Part shown: positions 22,135-30,982 of the stretch, piece by piece
Layout of the letters: every line of letters starts with the position of its first letter
Numbering within the stretch: the first letter of the stretch is position 1
From: Dehalococcoidia bacterium
GTDB taxonomy: Bacteria; Chloroflexota; Dehalococcoidia; UBA2979
DNA: 64,000 nt
NCBI GenBank assembly: GCA_964291495.2
Contig: OZ219871.1
Location: 1,312,001 to 1,376,000, forward strand
Direction of reading: 5' to 3'
Notes under the pieces: model-generated
What the model saw: only the letters and a program-made list of their open reading frames with translations
Told to the model about the DNA's origin: nothing
The model's database searches: none
Translations under genes and position numbers: made by a program

Positions 22135-23565
22135 ATGGCCGCGCTCGCAACGATGACGAACAGGCTGCGGACCGGCGCCGCGCTGATCGCCGGCGCGGCA
22201 GCCGCCGAGGCATCGCGGCGCCTCGGGCGCGGCGGGGGGACGGCGCTGCCGGGCCTCGTCGCCGCCACGATCGCGCCGGACATCACCGCGCAGCTCGTGC
22301 GCCGCGCCGCCGCGGGCACGGTCGTCGTCACCGGGACCAACGGCAAGACCACGACCGCGCACCTGCTCGCCGAGTGCGCCCGTGCGGCCGGCGTCGGCGT
22401 GATCGCCAACCGCTCCGGCTCCAACCTCGAGCGCGGCATCGTCTCCGCGTTCCTCGCGGACCGCGGCAACGGCGCCCGCGAACGCCTCGGCGTGCTCGAG
22501 GTCGACGAGGCGGCGTTGCCGCCGCTGCTGCCCGCGCTCGCGCCGCGCGCGATCGTCTTCCTCAACCTCTTCCGCGATCAGCTCGACCGCTACGGCGAGG
22601 TCGACTCCGTCGCCGAGGGCTGGGAGCGGATGCTGATCGCCGACGCCTCGGGCGCCACGCTCGTGCTGAATGCGGACGACCCCTCGATCGCGCCGCTCGC
22701 GGAGGCGGGACGCGGCGAGGTGGTGACGTTCGGCATCGAGGATGACGGCATCGCCCGCGGCGGCCCCGACCACGCCTCGGATGCTCGCTTCTGCCGCTGC
22801 GGCGCGGCGTTCCGCTACGACGCGGTCTTCGTCGCGCACGCCGGCCGCTGGCGCTGCGACGCCTGCGGCCGCTCGCGGCCCCGCCCGCTCGTCGCGGCGC
22901 ACGAGATCGAGCAGTTCGAGGACGGCTCGCGCTTCGCCCTTGATCTCGCGGGTGAGCGCCTCGCGGTCGAGCTGCCGCTACAGGGGCTGTACCCGATCTA
23001 CAACGCGCTCGGCGCGGTGGCGGCGGCGCACGCGCTGGGCCTCGATGCCCCGGTCGTCGCGAGGGCGCTTGCGGGCGCGGGCCCGGCGTTCGGGCGGCAG
23101 GAGCGCTTCCAGCTGCGCGGCCGCGATCTGCGGCTCTGGCTGGCGAAGAACCCGGCGGGCATGAACGCCGTGCTGCGCGCCCTCACGGCGGCCGGGACGC
23201 CCTCGGAGGACGCCGCGGAGCCACGGCTGCACGTCCTCGCGGCGCTGAACGACGGCATCCAGGATGGGCGCGACGTCTCCTGGATCTACGACGCCGACTT
23301 CGAGCTGCTCGCCGGTCACGCCGCGAGCGTCTGCGTCACCGGCGATCGCGCCGACGACCTGGCATTGCGACTGCGCCTCGCCGGCGTACGCGTCGACCTC
23401 GTGCAGCCGCATCGCGCCTCGGCGCTCGACGAGGCGCTGCACCGGCTGCCGCAGGGCGAGCGCCTCGAGGTGGTCACGACGTACACGGCGATGCTCCAGC
23501 TGCGGGAGATCATCGCGGCCGGGAGCGGCATCGCGCCGTACTGGGAGCGGGAGCGGCAGCGATGA
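22135..23565 (+). CDS. murT: Lipid II isoglutaminyl synthase subunit MurT (Mur ligase + DUF1727)
   Basis: GGGTALPG, VTGTNGKTTT, EVDE, NLFRDQLDRYGE, Cys zinc finger, KNPAG, DGRDVSWIYDADFE; start uncertain. Confidence 0.88.
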   Translation: MAALATMTNRLRTGAALIAGAAAAEASRRLGRGGGTALPGLVAATIAPDITAQLVRRAAAGTVVVTGTNGKTTTAHLLAECARAAGVGVIANRSGSNLERGIVSAFLADRGNGARERLGVLEVDEAALPPLLPALAPRAIVFLNLFRDQLDRYGEVDSVAEGWERMLIADASGATLVLNADDPSIAPLAEAGRGEVVTFGIEDDGIARGGPDHASDARFCRCGAAFRYDAVFVAHAGRWRCDACGRSRPRPLVAAHEIEQFEDGSRFALDLAGERLAVELPLQGLYPIYNALGAVAAAHALGLDAPVVARALAGAGPAFGRQERFQLRGRDLRLWLAKNPAGMNAVLRALTAAGTPSEDAAEPRLHVLAALNDGIQDGRDVSWIYDADFELLAGHAASVCVTGDRADDLALRLRLAGVRVDLVQPHRASALDEALHRLPQGERLEVVTTYTAMLQLREIIAAGSGIAPYWERERQR

Positions 23566-24338
23566 GCGCCGCGGCGGACAGGCCGGCGATCCGTGTGGTC
23601 TGGCTCTATCCCGAGCTGATGAACGTCTACGCCGATCGCGGCAACGTGATTGCGCTGGAGGCGCGCTGCGCCGCGCTTGGCGTCGGCTGCGAGGTCACCC
23701 GCGTCGGGATCGGCGATCCGCTGCCGGACGAGGCCGACCTGGTGCTGATCGGCGGCGGCCAGGATCGGGAGCAACGCCGCGCCGCGCCGGACCTCGCGCG
23801 TCACGCCGGCACGCTGCGCGACTGGGTGGACGAGGACGCCGCGATGCTCGCGGTCTGCGGCGGCTTCCAGCTCTTCGGCCGCTGGTACCGCACCGCCGAG
23901 GGCGACGAACTGCCCGGCGTGGGCGTCTTCGACGTGACCACCGTCGCGCCGCCTCGCGACGAGGAGCGCTGCATCGGCGACGTGCTCGCGCGCTCGACCG
24001 TCGAGGGCGTCGGCGAGGTCGTCGGTTTCGAGAACCACGGTGGACGCTCCTACCTCGGGCCGGGCGTGGAGCCGTTCGCGCACGTCGAGTTCGGCTATGG
24101 CAACAACGGCGCGGACGGGGCCGAGGGCGCGCGCGTGCGCGAGGCGATCGGCACCTACCTGCATGGCTCGCTGCTGCCTCGCAACCCGGCGCTGACGGAC
24201 CATCTGATCCGCGCCGCGCTGCGCCACCGCTACGGCGAGGAGCCGGAGCTGCCGGAGGCGGCCGCTCCGTTCGCCGCACGCGCGCACCGCACGGCCGCGG
24301 CCGTCGCGCGGCGGCGCAGCCGCCGAGCGGGGGCGTAA
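23562..24338 (+). CDS. gatD: Lipid II isoglutaminyl synthase glutaminase subunit
   Basis: LYPELMNVYADRGN, GGGQD, VCGGFQL, GFENHGG, TYLHG; ATGA overlap with murT. Confidence 0.88.
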   Translation: MSAAADRPAIRVVWLYPELMNVYADRGNVIALEARCAALGVGCEVTRVGIGDPLPDEADLVLIGGGQDREQRRAAPDLARHAGTLRDWVDEDAAMLAVCGGFQLFGRWYRTAEGDELPGVGVFDVTTVAPPRDEERCIGDVLARSTVEGVGEVVGFENHGGRSYLGPGVEPFAHVEFGYGNNGADGAEGARVREAIGTYLHGSLLPRNPALTDHLIRAALRHRYGEEPELPEAAAPFAARAHRTAAAVARRRSRRAGA

Positions 24339-24417
24339 CGGCAGGCCCGAGGTTTGACGCCCTCCGCGTGCGCCCGCGATTCTGTGATCGGCGGGGGCTG
24401 CACGGAGGCGCGGCCCG

Positions 24418-25323
24418 TTGACTGCGACAGGTCCCAGGTTCTCGCGGCGCAGGTTCCTCAGGCGCACCGTCCTCGGCGTGCTGCTCGGGGGCGCGCTGAT
24501 CGTCTCCTGCTCGCGCTTCCGTCCGGACGACGAAGAGCCGCCCGAGGTCGTCGCCCACAGCCCGACGCCGACGCCGATCCCCACCGAGCCGCCGCCGGCG
24601 ACCGTGACGCCCACGCCAACGCCCCGGCCGCTGCCGACGCGCAGATCCCGGCCGGCCACGCCGACTCCGACCGCCACCTCCGACCCCACGCCCGTCACGC
24701 CGACGCCGTACCCCTCGATGCTTGATCCCGAGGATCTGCGCGGCTTCGCCGTTCCGATCGAGGGAGGCTGCCTGCCCGACTCCGACCGGCTGATGCCGAA
24801 CGCGCCCCGCGAGTACCGCAACGGCATCCATGAGGGCGTCGACTGGTACAACGGCCTCGCTTGCGCCGCCGTCTCCGAAGGCACCCCGGTGATGGCGATG
24901 TACCAGGGCATCGTGGTCCGCGCCGACCTCGACTACGTCGACATCACCATCGAGCAGGTCAACGAGTTCGCGGAGCGGACGGCCGAGAAGGGCTACACCG
25001 AGGAGCCGATCCTCGACATCTACCGGGGCCGGCAGGTCTGGATCGACCACGGCAACGGCGTCGCCACCCGCTACTGCCACCTCAGCGTGATTGCCGAGGG
25101 CCTCGATGAGGGCGTCGAGGTCCAGCAGGGCCAGGTGATCGGCGGCGTCGGCGAGTCCGGCACGCCGGAGTCGATCACGGCGCCGGGCACGGAGATGCAC
25201 CTGCACGCCGAGGTGCGCATCGGGGACTCGTTCCTCGGCTCCGGCCTGCCGCCCGACGAGGTGCGCGCGCTCTACGTGAAGCTGTTCGGCCTCGGCGCGG
25301 ACGAGTCCGCCTCGGGAGGCTGA
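24418..25323 (+). CDS. M23-family metallopeptidase, predicted Tat-exported lipoprotein with Pro/Thr linker
   Basis: SRRRFL signal, IVSC lipobox, HEGVD and HLH zinc motifs. Confidence 0.85.
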   Translation: MTATGPRFSRRRFLRRTVLGVLLGGALIVSCSRFRPDDEEPPEVVAHSPTPTPIPTEPPPATVTPTPTPRPLPTRRSRPATPTPTATSDPTPVTPTPYPSMLDPEDLRGFAVPIEGGCLPDSDRLMPNAPREYRNGIHEGVDWYNGLACAAVSEGTPVMAMYQGIVVRADLDYVDITIEQVNEFAERTAEKGYTEEPILDIYRGRQVWIDHGNGVATRYCHLSVIAEGLDEGVEVQQGQVIGGVGESGTPESITAPGTEMHLHAEVRIGDSFLGSGLPPDEVRALYVKLFGLGADESASGG

Positions 25324-25380
25324 CGAGGCCGCCGCGCCGTACACTGCCGTTAGCGTGCGAGCTCATGCGAAGGGGGCGCG

Positions 25381-26247
25381 GTGCCGATCCTCTCGATCGA
25401 GATCCCGTGGGATCCGAACATCACGCAGATCGGCGGGTTGCTGCTGACCTGGCACGGGCTGTTCACCGCGATCGGCATCTTCGCCGGGGTGCGGCTGTCG
25501 CTCTTCCTCGTGAACGTCGTGCAGTACGACTACGACGACGCCTACACGCTCGCCCTCGTCGGCGTGCCCAGCGGGATCGTCGGCGCGCGCCTGCTCTTCG
25601 TCTTCGAGCACTGGGAGTCGTTCAGCGGCGACCCGGTGGCGATCCTGCGCATCACCGAGGGGGGCATCTCGATCTGGGGCGCGATCCTCGGCGGCGTGAT
25701 CGGCGGCCTGGCCTTCGGTCTCTGGAAGGGCTACCCGGTCGCCCGAGGGCTGGACCTGGCCAGCTTCGGCATCATCCTCGGGCAGGCGATCGGGCGCCTC
25801 GGCGACCTCGTCAACGGCGAGCACCTGGCGAAGGCGAGCGAGCTGCCGTGGGCCGTCTTCTACACGCACGAGGACTCGCCCGCGTTCGTGCACTCGCTGC
25901 TGGTCGGGCCGCACCACCCGGCGACGACCTACGAGTTGATCGGCGACCTCGTGATCCTCGGGGCGCTGTTCGTGCTGATGTTCCGCGTCTTCTGGCACAA
26001 GCCGGGGCTGACCTTCTGCTGCTACCTGGTCGGCTACGCGGTGATGCGCTTCTTCCTCACCTACCTGCGCATCGACTCCAGCGGGACGATCGTGCCGGAG
26101 CTGCGCGTCCCGCAGCTCGTCTCGCTGCTCGTGGTGCTCGGGATGGTTCCGGTGGTCTGGTACTTCGCGACGCGGCCGCCCGAGGAGGAGCCGGCGCCGC
26201 TCCATCGTCTGCCGCTCATCGGGCGGCTGCTCGGCGCGGAGCGGTGA
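25381..26247 (+). CDS. lgt: Prolipoprotein diacylglyceryl transferase
   Basis: GARL, GGISIWG, GQAIGRLG..NGE, HPATTYE. Confidence 0.88.
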   Translation: MPILSIEIPWDPNITQIGGLLLTWHGLFTAIGIFAGVRLSLFLVNVVQYDYDDAYTLALVGVPSGIVGARLLFVFEHWESFSGDPVAILRITEGGISIWGAILGGVIGGLAFGLWKGYPVARGLDLASFGIILGQAIGRLGDLVNGEHLAKASELPWAVFYTHEDSPAFVHSLLVGPHHPATTYELIGDLVILGALFVLMFRVFWHKPGLTFCCYLVGYAVMRFFLTYLRIDSSGTIVPELRVPQLVSLLVVLGMVPVVWYFATRPPEEEPAPLHRLPLIGRLLGAER

Positions 26248-26516
26248 CGGACGTCGTCCTCTATGGCCGAGAGGGCTGCGCCCCCTGCGCGCACGCCCGC
26301 GACGCGCTGCGCCGCCTCGGGCGCGACTTCGCCTTCGAGTTGCGCGAGCAGGATGTCGACGCCGACCCGGCGCTCGACGCCCGCTACGGCGATCGCGTGC
26401 CGGTGATCGCGGTCGATGGCCGCGAGGTCAGCGCGGGCCGCATCGACTCGGCGGCGGTGCGGCGCGCGCTCGCGGAGGCCGGGCGCGCTGTTGACAGCAA
26501 CAGCGGTCGTTCATAG
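26244..26516 (+). CDS. Glutaredoxin-like protein (DUF836-type)
   Basis: LYGREGCAPC...DVD...RYGDRVPVI; GTGA overlap with lgt. Confidence 0.8.
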   Translation: MTDVVLYGREGCAPCAHARDALRRLGRDFAFELREQDVDADPALDARYGDRVPVIAVDGREVSAGRIDSAAVRRALAEAGRAVDSNSGRS

Positions 26517-26519
26517 CCT
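26491..26519 (+). promoter_or_regulatory. Sigma70-type promoter for the ThrC-like operon
   Basis: TTGACA-17 bp-TAGCCT. Confidence 0.65.
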
Positions 26520-26583
26520 CGATTCACGCAGCGCGCCCGCGCTACGTGACATGGGCGTAGAGGCAGGAACGCGGAACGACCCG

Positions 26584-26661
26584 ATGAGCGAACGACTGCT
26601 CCCGCTCCTCGCAGCCGCCGCCATGCAGCGCCCCGATCGGGGCCACATGGTGATGCGCTAG
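26584..26661 (+). CDS. Putative Met-rich leader peptide (MSERLLPLLAAAAMQRPDRGHMVMR)
   Basis: Short ORF in ~210-nt leader ending His-Met-Val-Met-Arg-stop within a hairpin; alternative in-frame ATGs at 26551 and 26623. Confidence 0.45.
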   Translation: MSERLLPLLAAAAMQRPDRGHMVMR

Positions 26662-26736
26662 CCCGCCCGCCCCGCGAGAGCCGGGGCCAGCGGGCAGCCT
26701 CGCATCATCCCGAACCCAGCCCGGAGCATCCCTGCC

Positions 26737-27996
26737 ATGTCCTTCGAACGTTCACTGCGCTGCCGCGAGTGCGCGCGCGAGTTCCCGCTCGCCGCGGCCT
26801 TCTTCTGCGAGTTCTGTTTCGGCCCCCTCGAGGTCGCCTACGACTACGAGGGCATCGCCGCCTCGATCTCCCGCGAGTCGATCGCGGCCGGGCCGCCGAC
26901 GCTCTGGCGCTACGCCGATCTGTTGCCGTCCGAGCCCGAGTACCGCGTGGACCTCGGGGCGGGCTTCACGCCGCTGCTGCGGGCCGACAACCTGGCTGCG
27001 GCGCTCGGCCTCGAGCGGCTCTGGATCAAGAACGACACCGTCAACCCGACGTGGTCGTTCAAGGACCGCGTCGTCGCCGTCGCGATCGCAAAGGCGCGCG
27101 AGTTCGGCTACACCGGCATCGCCTGCGCCAGCACCGGCAACCTCGCGAACTCCGTCGCCGCGCACGGTGCTCGCGCCGGCATGGAGACGATCGTCTTCAT
27201 CCCGCACGACCTCGAGGAGGGCAAGGTCGTCGGCAGCGGGATCTACGACCCGACGCTCGTGATGGTCGAGGGCTCCTACGACGACGTGAACCGGCTCTGC
27301 ACGGAGGTGTCGCAGTCCAAGCCGTGGGCCTTCGTCAACATCAACGTGCGGCCCTACTACGCCGAGGGATCGCGCACGCTCGGCTTCGAGGTCGCCGAGC
27401 AACTCGGCTGGCGCACGCCGGACCACTGCGTGGTGCCGATGGCCTCGGGCTCCCTCTTCACGAAGATCTGGAAGGGCTTCAACGAGCTGCACCAGGTCGG
27501 CTTGATCGACGAGCCGCGCACCCGTATGTCGGGGGCGCAGGCGGCCGGCTGCTCGCCCATCGCGACTGCCTTCGAGGAGGGCACGCTCAACTTCCGACCG
27601 CAGAAGCCGGACACGATCGCGCGCTCGATCGCCATCGGCAACCCGGCGGACGGCTACTATGCGCTCAAGACGCTGGAGGAGACGAACGGCGTCGCGGCAA
27701 TGGCGACGGACGCGGAGATCGTCGACGGCATGAAGCTGCTGGCGGAGACCGAGGGCATCTTCGCGGAGACGGCGGGCGGCACCACGATCGCCTGCCTCAA
27801 GCACATGGTGGAGCGCGGCCAGATCGCGCCCGGCGAGGAGACCGTCGCCTTCATCACCGGCGGAGGCCTCAAGACCACCGAGGCGCTGCAGGGCGGGCTC
27901 GCCAGCCCGCTGCTCGTGCCCGCCCGCGGCGACGCGTTCATCGAGGCCTACGAGGCGCGGCGGGCGCCCGCCGCAGCCGCGACAGGAGGGGCATGA
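26737..27996 (+). CDS. Threonine synthase-like PLP enzyme; probable O-phosphohomoserine sulfhydrylase (MetM-type)
   Basis: N-terminal CxxC/CxxC, NPTWSFKDR, ASTGN, SIAIGNPADG; followed by NIL and MoaD genes. Confidence 0.8.
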   Translation: MSFERSLRCRECAREFPLAAAFFCEFCFGPLEVAYDYEGIAASISRESIAAGPPTLWRYADLLPSEPEYRVDLGAGFTPLLRADNLAAALGLERLWIKNDTVNPTWSFKDRVVAVAIAKAREFGYTGIACASTGNLANSVAAHGARAGMETIVFIPHDLEEGKVVGSGIYDPTLVMVEGSYDDVNRLCTEVSQSKPWAFVNINVRPYYAEGSRTLGFEVAEQLGWRTPDHCVVPMASGSLFTKIWKGFNELHQVGLIDEPRTRMSGAQAAGCSPIATAFEEGTLNFRPQKPDTIARSIAIGNPADGYYALKTLEETNGVAAMATDAEIVDGMKLLAETEGIFAETAGGTTIACLKHMVERGQIAPGEETVAFITGGGLKTTEALQGGLASPLLVPARGDAFIEAYEARRAPAAAATGGA

Positions 27997-28241
27997 TGGC
28001 AAGCAGGCCGGTCCGCTTCACTTTCTCGCCCGAGCTGATCCAGGAGCCGCTGATCTACCTGCTCGGCCACGAGTTCGAGGTGATCACCAACATCCGCATG
28101 GCCGACGTCGACGCGCGCGTCGGCTGGGTCGTGCTCGAGCTCGAGGGCGAGCCGGACGAGATCGATCGCGCCATCGCCTGGGCCGAGTCGAAGGGCGTGC
28201 GCGTGGACCAGGCGACCCTCGGCGACGTCGTCGAGGGCTAG
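27993..28241 (+). CDS. Stand-alone NIL-domain protein
   Basis: FTFSPELIQEPLIY...TNIRMADV...GWVVLELEG...GVRV; ATGA overlap. Confidence 0.85.
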   Translation: MMASRPVRFTFSPELIQEPLIYLLGHEFEVITNIRMADVDARVGWVVLELEGEPDEIDRAIAWAESKGVRVDQATLGDVVEG

Positions 28242-28293
28242 CGAGCCGCAACCCGCCCGGCGCGCCGGGCCCGACAGCGAGAGGACCACTGCG

Positions 28294-28569
28294 ATGGCAG
28301 TGAACGTGCGAATCCCCGCCCCGCTCCGCACCCTGACGGGCGACCAGGAGCTCGTCAGCGCCGACGGCGCGACGCTGGCCGACGTGGTCGAGCACCTCGA
28401 GGCGTCCTACCCCGGCATGCGCGAGCGGCTCTGCGAGGACGACGGCGAGCTGCGCCGCTTCGTCAACGTCTTCGTGAACGGCGAGGACGTGCGTTTCCTC
28501 TCCGGCCTCGCCAGCGAGCTGAGCGAGGGCGACGAGGTCTCGATCGTCCCGGCGGTGGCCGGCGGCTAG
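28294..28569 (+). CDS. MoaD/ThiS-family sulfur carrier
   Basis: RRFVNVFVNGEDVRF...IVPAVAGG C-terminus. Confidence 0.92.
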   Translation: MAVNVRIPAPLRTLTGDQELVSADGATLADVVEHLEASYPGMRERLCEDDGELRRFVNVFVNGEDVRFLSGLASELSEGDEVSIVPAVAGG

Positions 28570-28585
28570 CCGGCAGCAACCGCAG

Positions 28586-29758
28586 ATGACCGGCTCGACG
28601 ATCACGGACCTTCGCTACTACCTGGTCCACCCGACGCCGCCCGAGACCGGGCAGCCCGATCGCTACACCGCGGGCAAGAACCTCTGCTTCGTGCGCCTCG
28701 AGACCGCCGACGGCCTGCACGGCTGGGGCGAGTGCTACACGCAGTCCGATCGCGACATCCAGATCACCGCGCACCTCGAGGCGCTGCGACGCTACATCGA
28801 GGGCTGGGACGCGGCGCGGATCAAGCCGTGGACGGACGCGATCTACAACGACTTCGGCAACCGCCGCGGCGCGATGGACCTCTACTCCGCGATCTCCGGC
28901 GTGGAGCAGGCGATGTGGGACCTCGCGGGCAAGCGCGCGGGCATGCCCGTGCACCAGCTGCTCGGCGGCGCGGTGCGCGACCGGCTGCGCGTCTACGCCA
29001 ACGGCTGGGCGCGCATGGACGACCTCGATGAGCTGCAGGCCCGCGCGCGGGCGATGGCCGATCGCGGCTTCACCGGGCTCAAGTTCGACCCCGTGCCGGG
29101 CAAGTGGCGCAGCTACGTGGGCATGCCGGAGCTGCGCACCGCCGCCGATCGCGTCCGCGCCGTGCGCGAGGCGGTTGGCCCCGACGTCGACATCCTCGTC
29201 GAGGTCCACCGGCGGCTGAGCCCCTCGAACGCCGTACGGCTGGCGAAGCTGGTCGAGCAGTACGAGCCGTACTGGTTCGAGGAGCCGGTCTGGGCCGAGA
29301 ACGTGACCGCCCTCGCCGCCGCCACGGCGCAGATCAACATCCCCACCGTCACCGGCGAGGAGCTCTACACCAAGTTCGAGTTCCGCGAGGCCTTCGAGCA
29401 GCGCGCCGCCGACATCATCAACCCCGACGTGGCGAACGTCGGCGGCATCAAGGAGCTGACTGAGATCGCGGCGATGGCCGAGGCCTACTTCGTCGCGGTC
29501 AGCCCGCACAACTACAACTCGACGACGGTGGCGCTGGCCTCGACGCTGCAGGCCGCGGCGACGATGCCCAACTTCATCATCACCGAGTACTTCGTGAACT
29601 TCGAGGGGTGGGGCCGGGAAGCGGCGACGGCGCCGTTCGAGGTGGTGGACAGCCACATCGCCCTCCCGACGGCGCCGGGCCTCGGCATCGACCTCGACGA
29701 GGAGGTGCTGAAGGCGCATCCGGCGCGCGAGTTCCCGGTGCGCACGATCGGCGACTAG
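28586..29758 (+). CDS. Mandelate racemase/enolase superfamily, galactonate dehydratase-like
   Basis: GWGE, AMWDLAGK, EVH, WFEEP, TGEE, PGLGI. Confidence 0.88.
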   Translation: MTGSTITDLRYYLVHPTPPETGQPDRYTAGKNLCFVRLETADGLHGWGECYTQSDRDIQITAHLEALRRYIEGWDAARIKPWTDAIYNDFGNRRGAMDLYSAISGVEQAMWDLAGKRAGMPVHQLLGGAVRDRLRVYANGWARMDDLDELQARARAMADRGFTGLKFDPVPGKWRSYVGMPELRTAADRVRAVREAVGPDVDILVEVHRRLSPSNAVRLAKLVEQYEPYWFEEPVWAENVTALAAATAQINIPTVTGEELYTKFEFREAFEQRAADIINPDVANVGGIKELTEIAAMAEAYFVAVSPHNYNSTTVALASTLQAAATMPNFIITEYFVNFEGWGREAATAPFEVVDSHIALPTAPGLGIDLDEEVLKAHPAREFPVRTIGD

Positions 29759-29823
29759 CCGATCCGGGCTCCGCTCCTCGGGGCGAGGTCGCTGAGCCAG
29801 GGAGCAGATCGAGGGGCAGTCAG

Positions 29824-30909
29824 ATGAAGGTAAGCGGCTGGACCACCCGCGTGCTTGAGGTCCCGGACGTCAATCCGCTCATCGTCGGCGTCGACCAGCC
29901 CGGTACGCGGGAGTTCGTCACGCTGGAGCTGGACACCGACGAGGGCGTGCAGGGCATCGGCATAACCTTCTTCGGCGGCCCGCTGACACCGGCGCTGCGC
30001 ACGGCGGTCGACAACCTCTGCGAGCTGACGGTGGGCGAGGACCCGCTGCAGGTGGAAGCGGTCAGCGACAAGCTGTGGCTCGCGGCGGGCGGCGCCGGCC
30101 CCGAGGGCATCTTCACCCTCGCGCTGGCGGCGATCGACATCGCGCTCTGGGACATCAAGGGCAAGGCGCTGAACCAGACGGTGTGCTCGCTGCTGGGCGG
30201 GCACCGCGACCGGGTGGTGACCTACGCCAGCGGCGCGCTGGGGCGTCCGATGAGCATCGAGTATCTGGCCGAGGCAGGCCCTCGGCTGGTGGACATGGGC
30301 TTCAGGCAGATGAAGACCCAGATGGGCGCCGAGCCGACCGCCCGGCGCGAGGTGGCCCGCATCCGCACGCTGCGCGACGCGATCGGCCCGGACATCGATC
30401 TGATGTGCGACATCAACCAGCTCTGGGACGTCAACCAGGCGATCGAGATCGGATCGCGCGTGGAGGAGTACCACCTGTACTGGCTGGAGGACGTGGTCGT
30501 CCGCGACGACTACCAGGGCCTGGCGCGGGTGGCCGACGCGCTCACGACGCCGATCGCCGCCGGAGAGTACGTCTACGGCATCCGCCCCTTCCGGCACATG
30601 CTGGAGCAGCGCTCGATCGACATCGTGATGGTCGACCTGCTGCGGGTGGGCGGGTTCACGCAGTTCCGCAAGGTGGCGGGCATGGCCGAGGCCTTCAACC
30701 TGCCCGTGGTCAGCCATTTGGTCCCCGAGCTGCAGGTGCACTCCATCGCTGCCGTGCCCAACGGGCTGACGGTGGAGTACATGCCCTGGACGCTGCGGCT
30801 CTACGAGGAAACCCCGGCCATCGAGGACGGGGAAATCGTGGTGCCGGACAAGCCGGGCCTGGGCCTCGCGTTCGACCGGGACGCCCTCGAGCGCTACCAG
30901 GTTGGCTAG
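29824..30909 (+). CDS. Mandelate racemase/muconate lactonizing enzyme family protein
   Basis: IDIALWDIKGK, DINQ, WLED, AAGE, VSH, PGLGL; ATG 29824. Confidence 0.88.
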   Translation: MKVSGWTTRVLEVPDVNPLIVGVDQPGTREFVTLELDTDEGVQGIGITFFGGPLTPALRTAVDNLCELTVGEDPLQVEAVSDKLWLAAGGAGPEGIFTLALAAIDIALWDIKGKALNQTVCSLLGGHRDRVVTYASGALGRPMSIEYLAEAGPRLVDMGFRQMKTQMGAEPTARREVARIRTLRDAIGPDIDLMCDINQLWDVNQAIEIGSRVEEYHLYWLEDVVVRDDYQGLARVADALTTPIAAGEYVYGIRPFRHMLEQRSIDIVMVDLLRVGGFTQFRKVAGMAEAFNLPVVSHLVPELQVHSIAAVPNGLTVEYMPWTLRLYEETPAIEDGEIVVPDKPGLGLAFDRDALERYQVG

Positions 30910-30916
30910 CGAGCGC

Positions 30917-30966
30917 TTGGCCCAAGAGGGCAATGTGCTAGAATGTTGAGCAACTTACTCGACAAT
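30917..30966 (+). promoter_or_regulatory. Promoter with palindromic Rrf2-type operator
   Basis: TTGGCC...TGcTAGAAT extended -10 (30936-30944), then inverted repeat TGTTGAGCAA-C-TTACTCGACA (8/10 matches). Confidence 0.65.
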
Positions 30967-30982
30967 AGCGGCGGTCGGGTCC

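Noticed and set aside
24560-24710. ACGCCG-type tandem repeats
   Set aside because: Encode the Pro/Thr linker of the M23 lipoprotein; a common feature.
26520-26736. SAM riboswitch or T-box upstream of the ThrC-like gene
   Set aside because: SAM-I core (ATC.AGAG...GATG) and T-box (GGTGGNACC) signatures were not found by eye; an Rfam scan is still needed.
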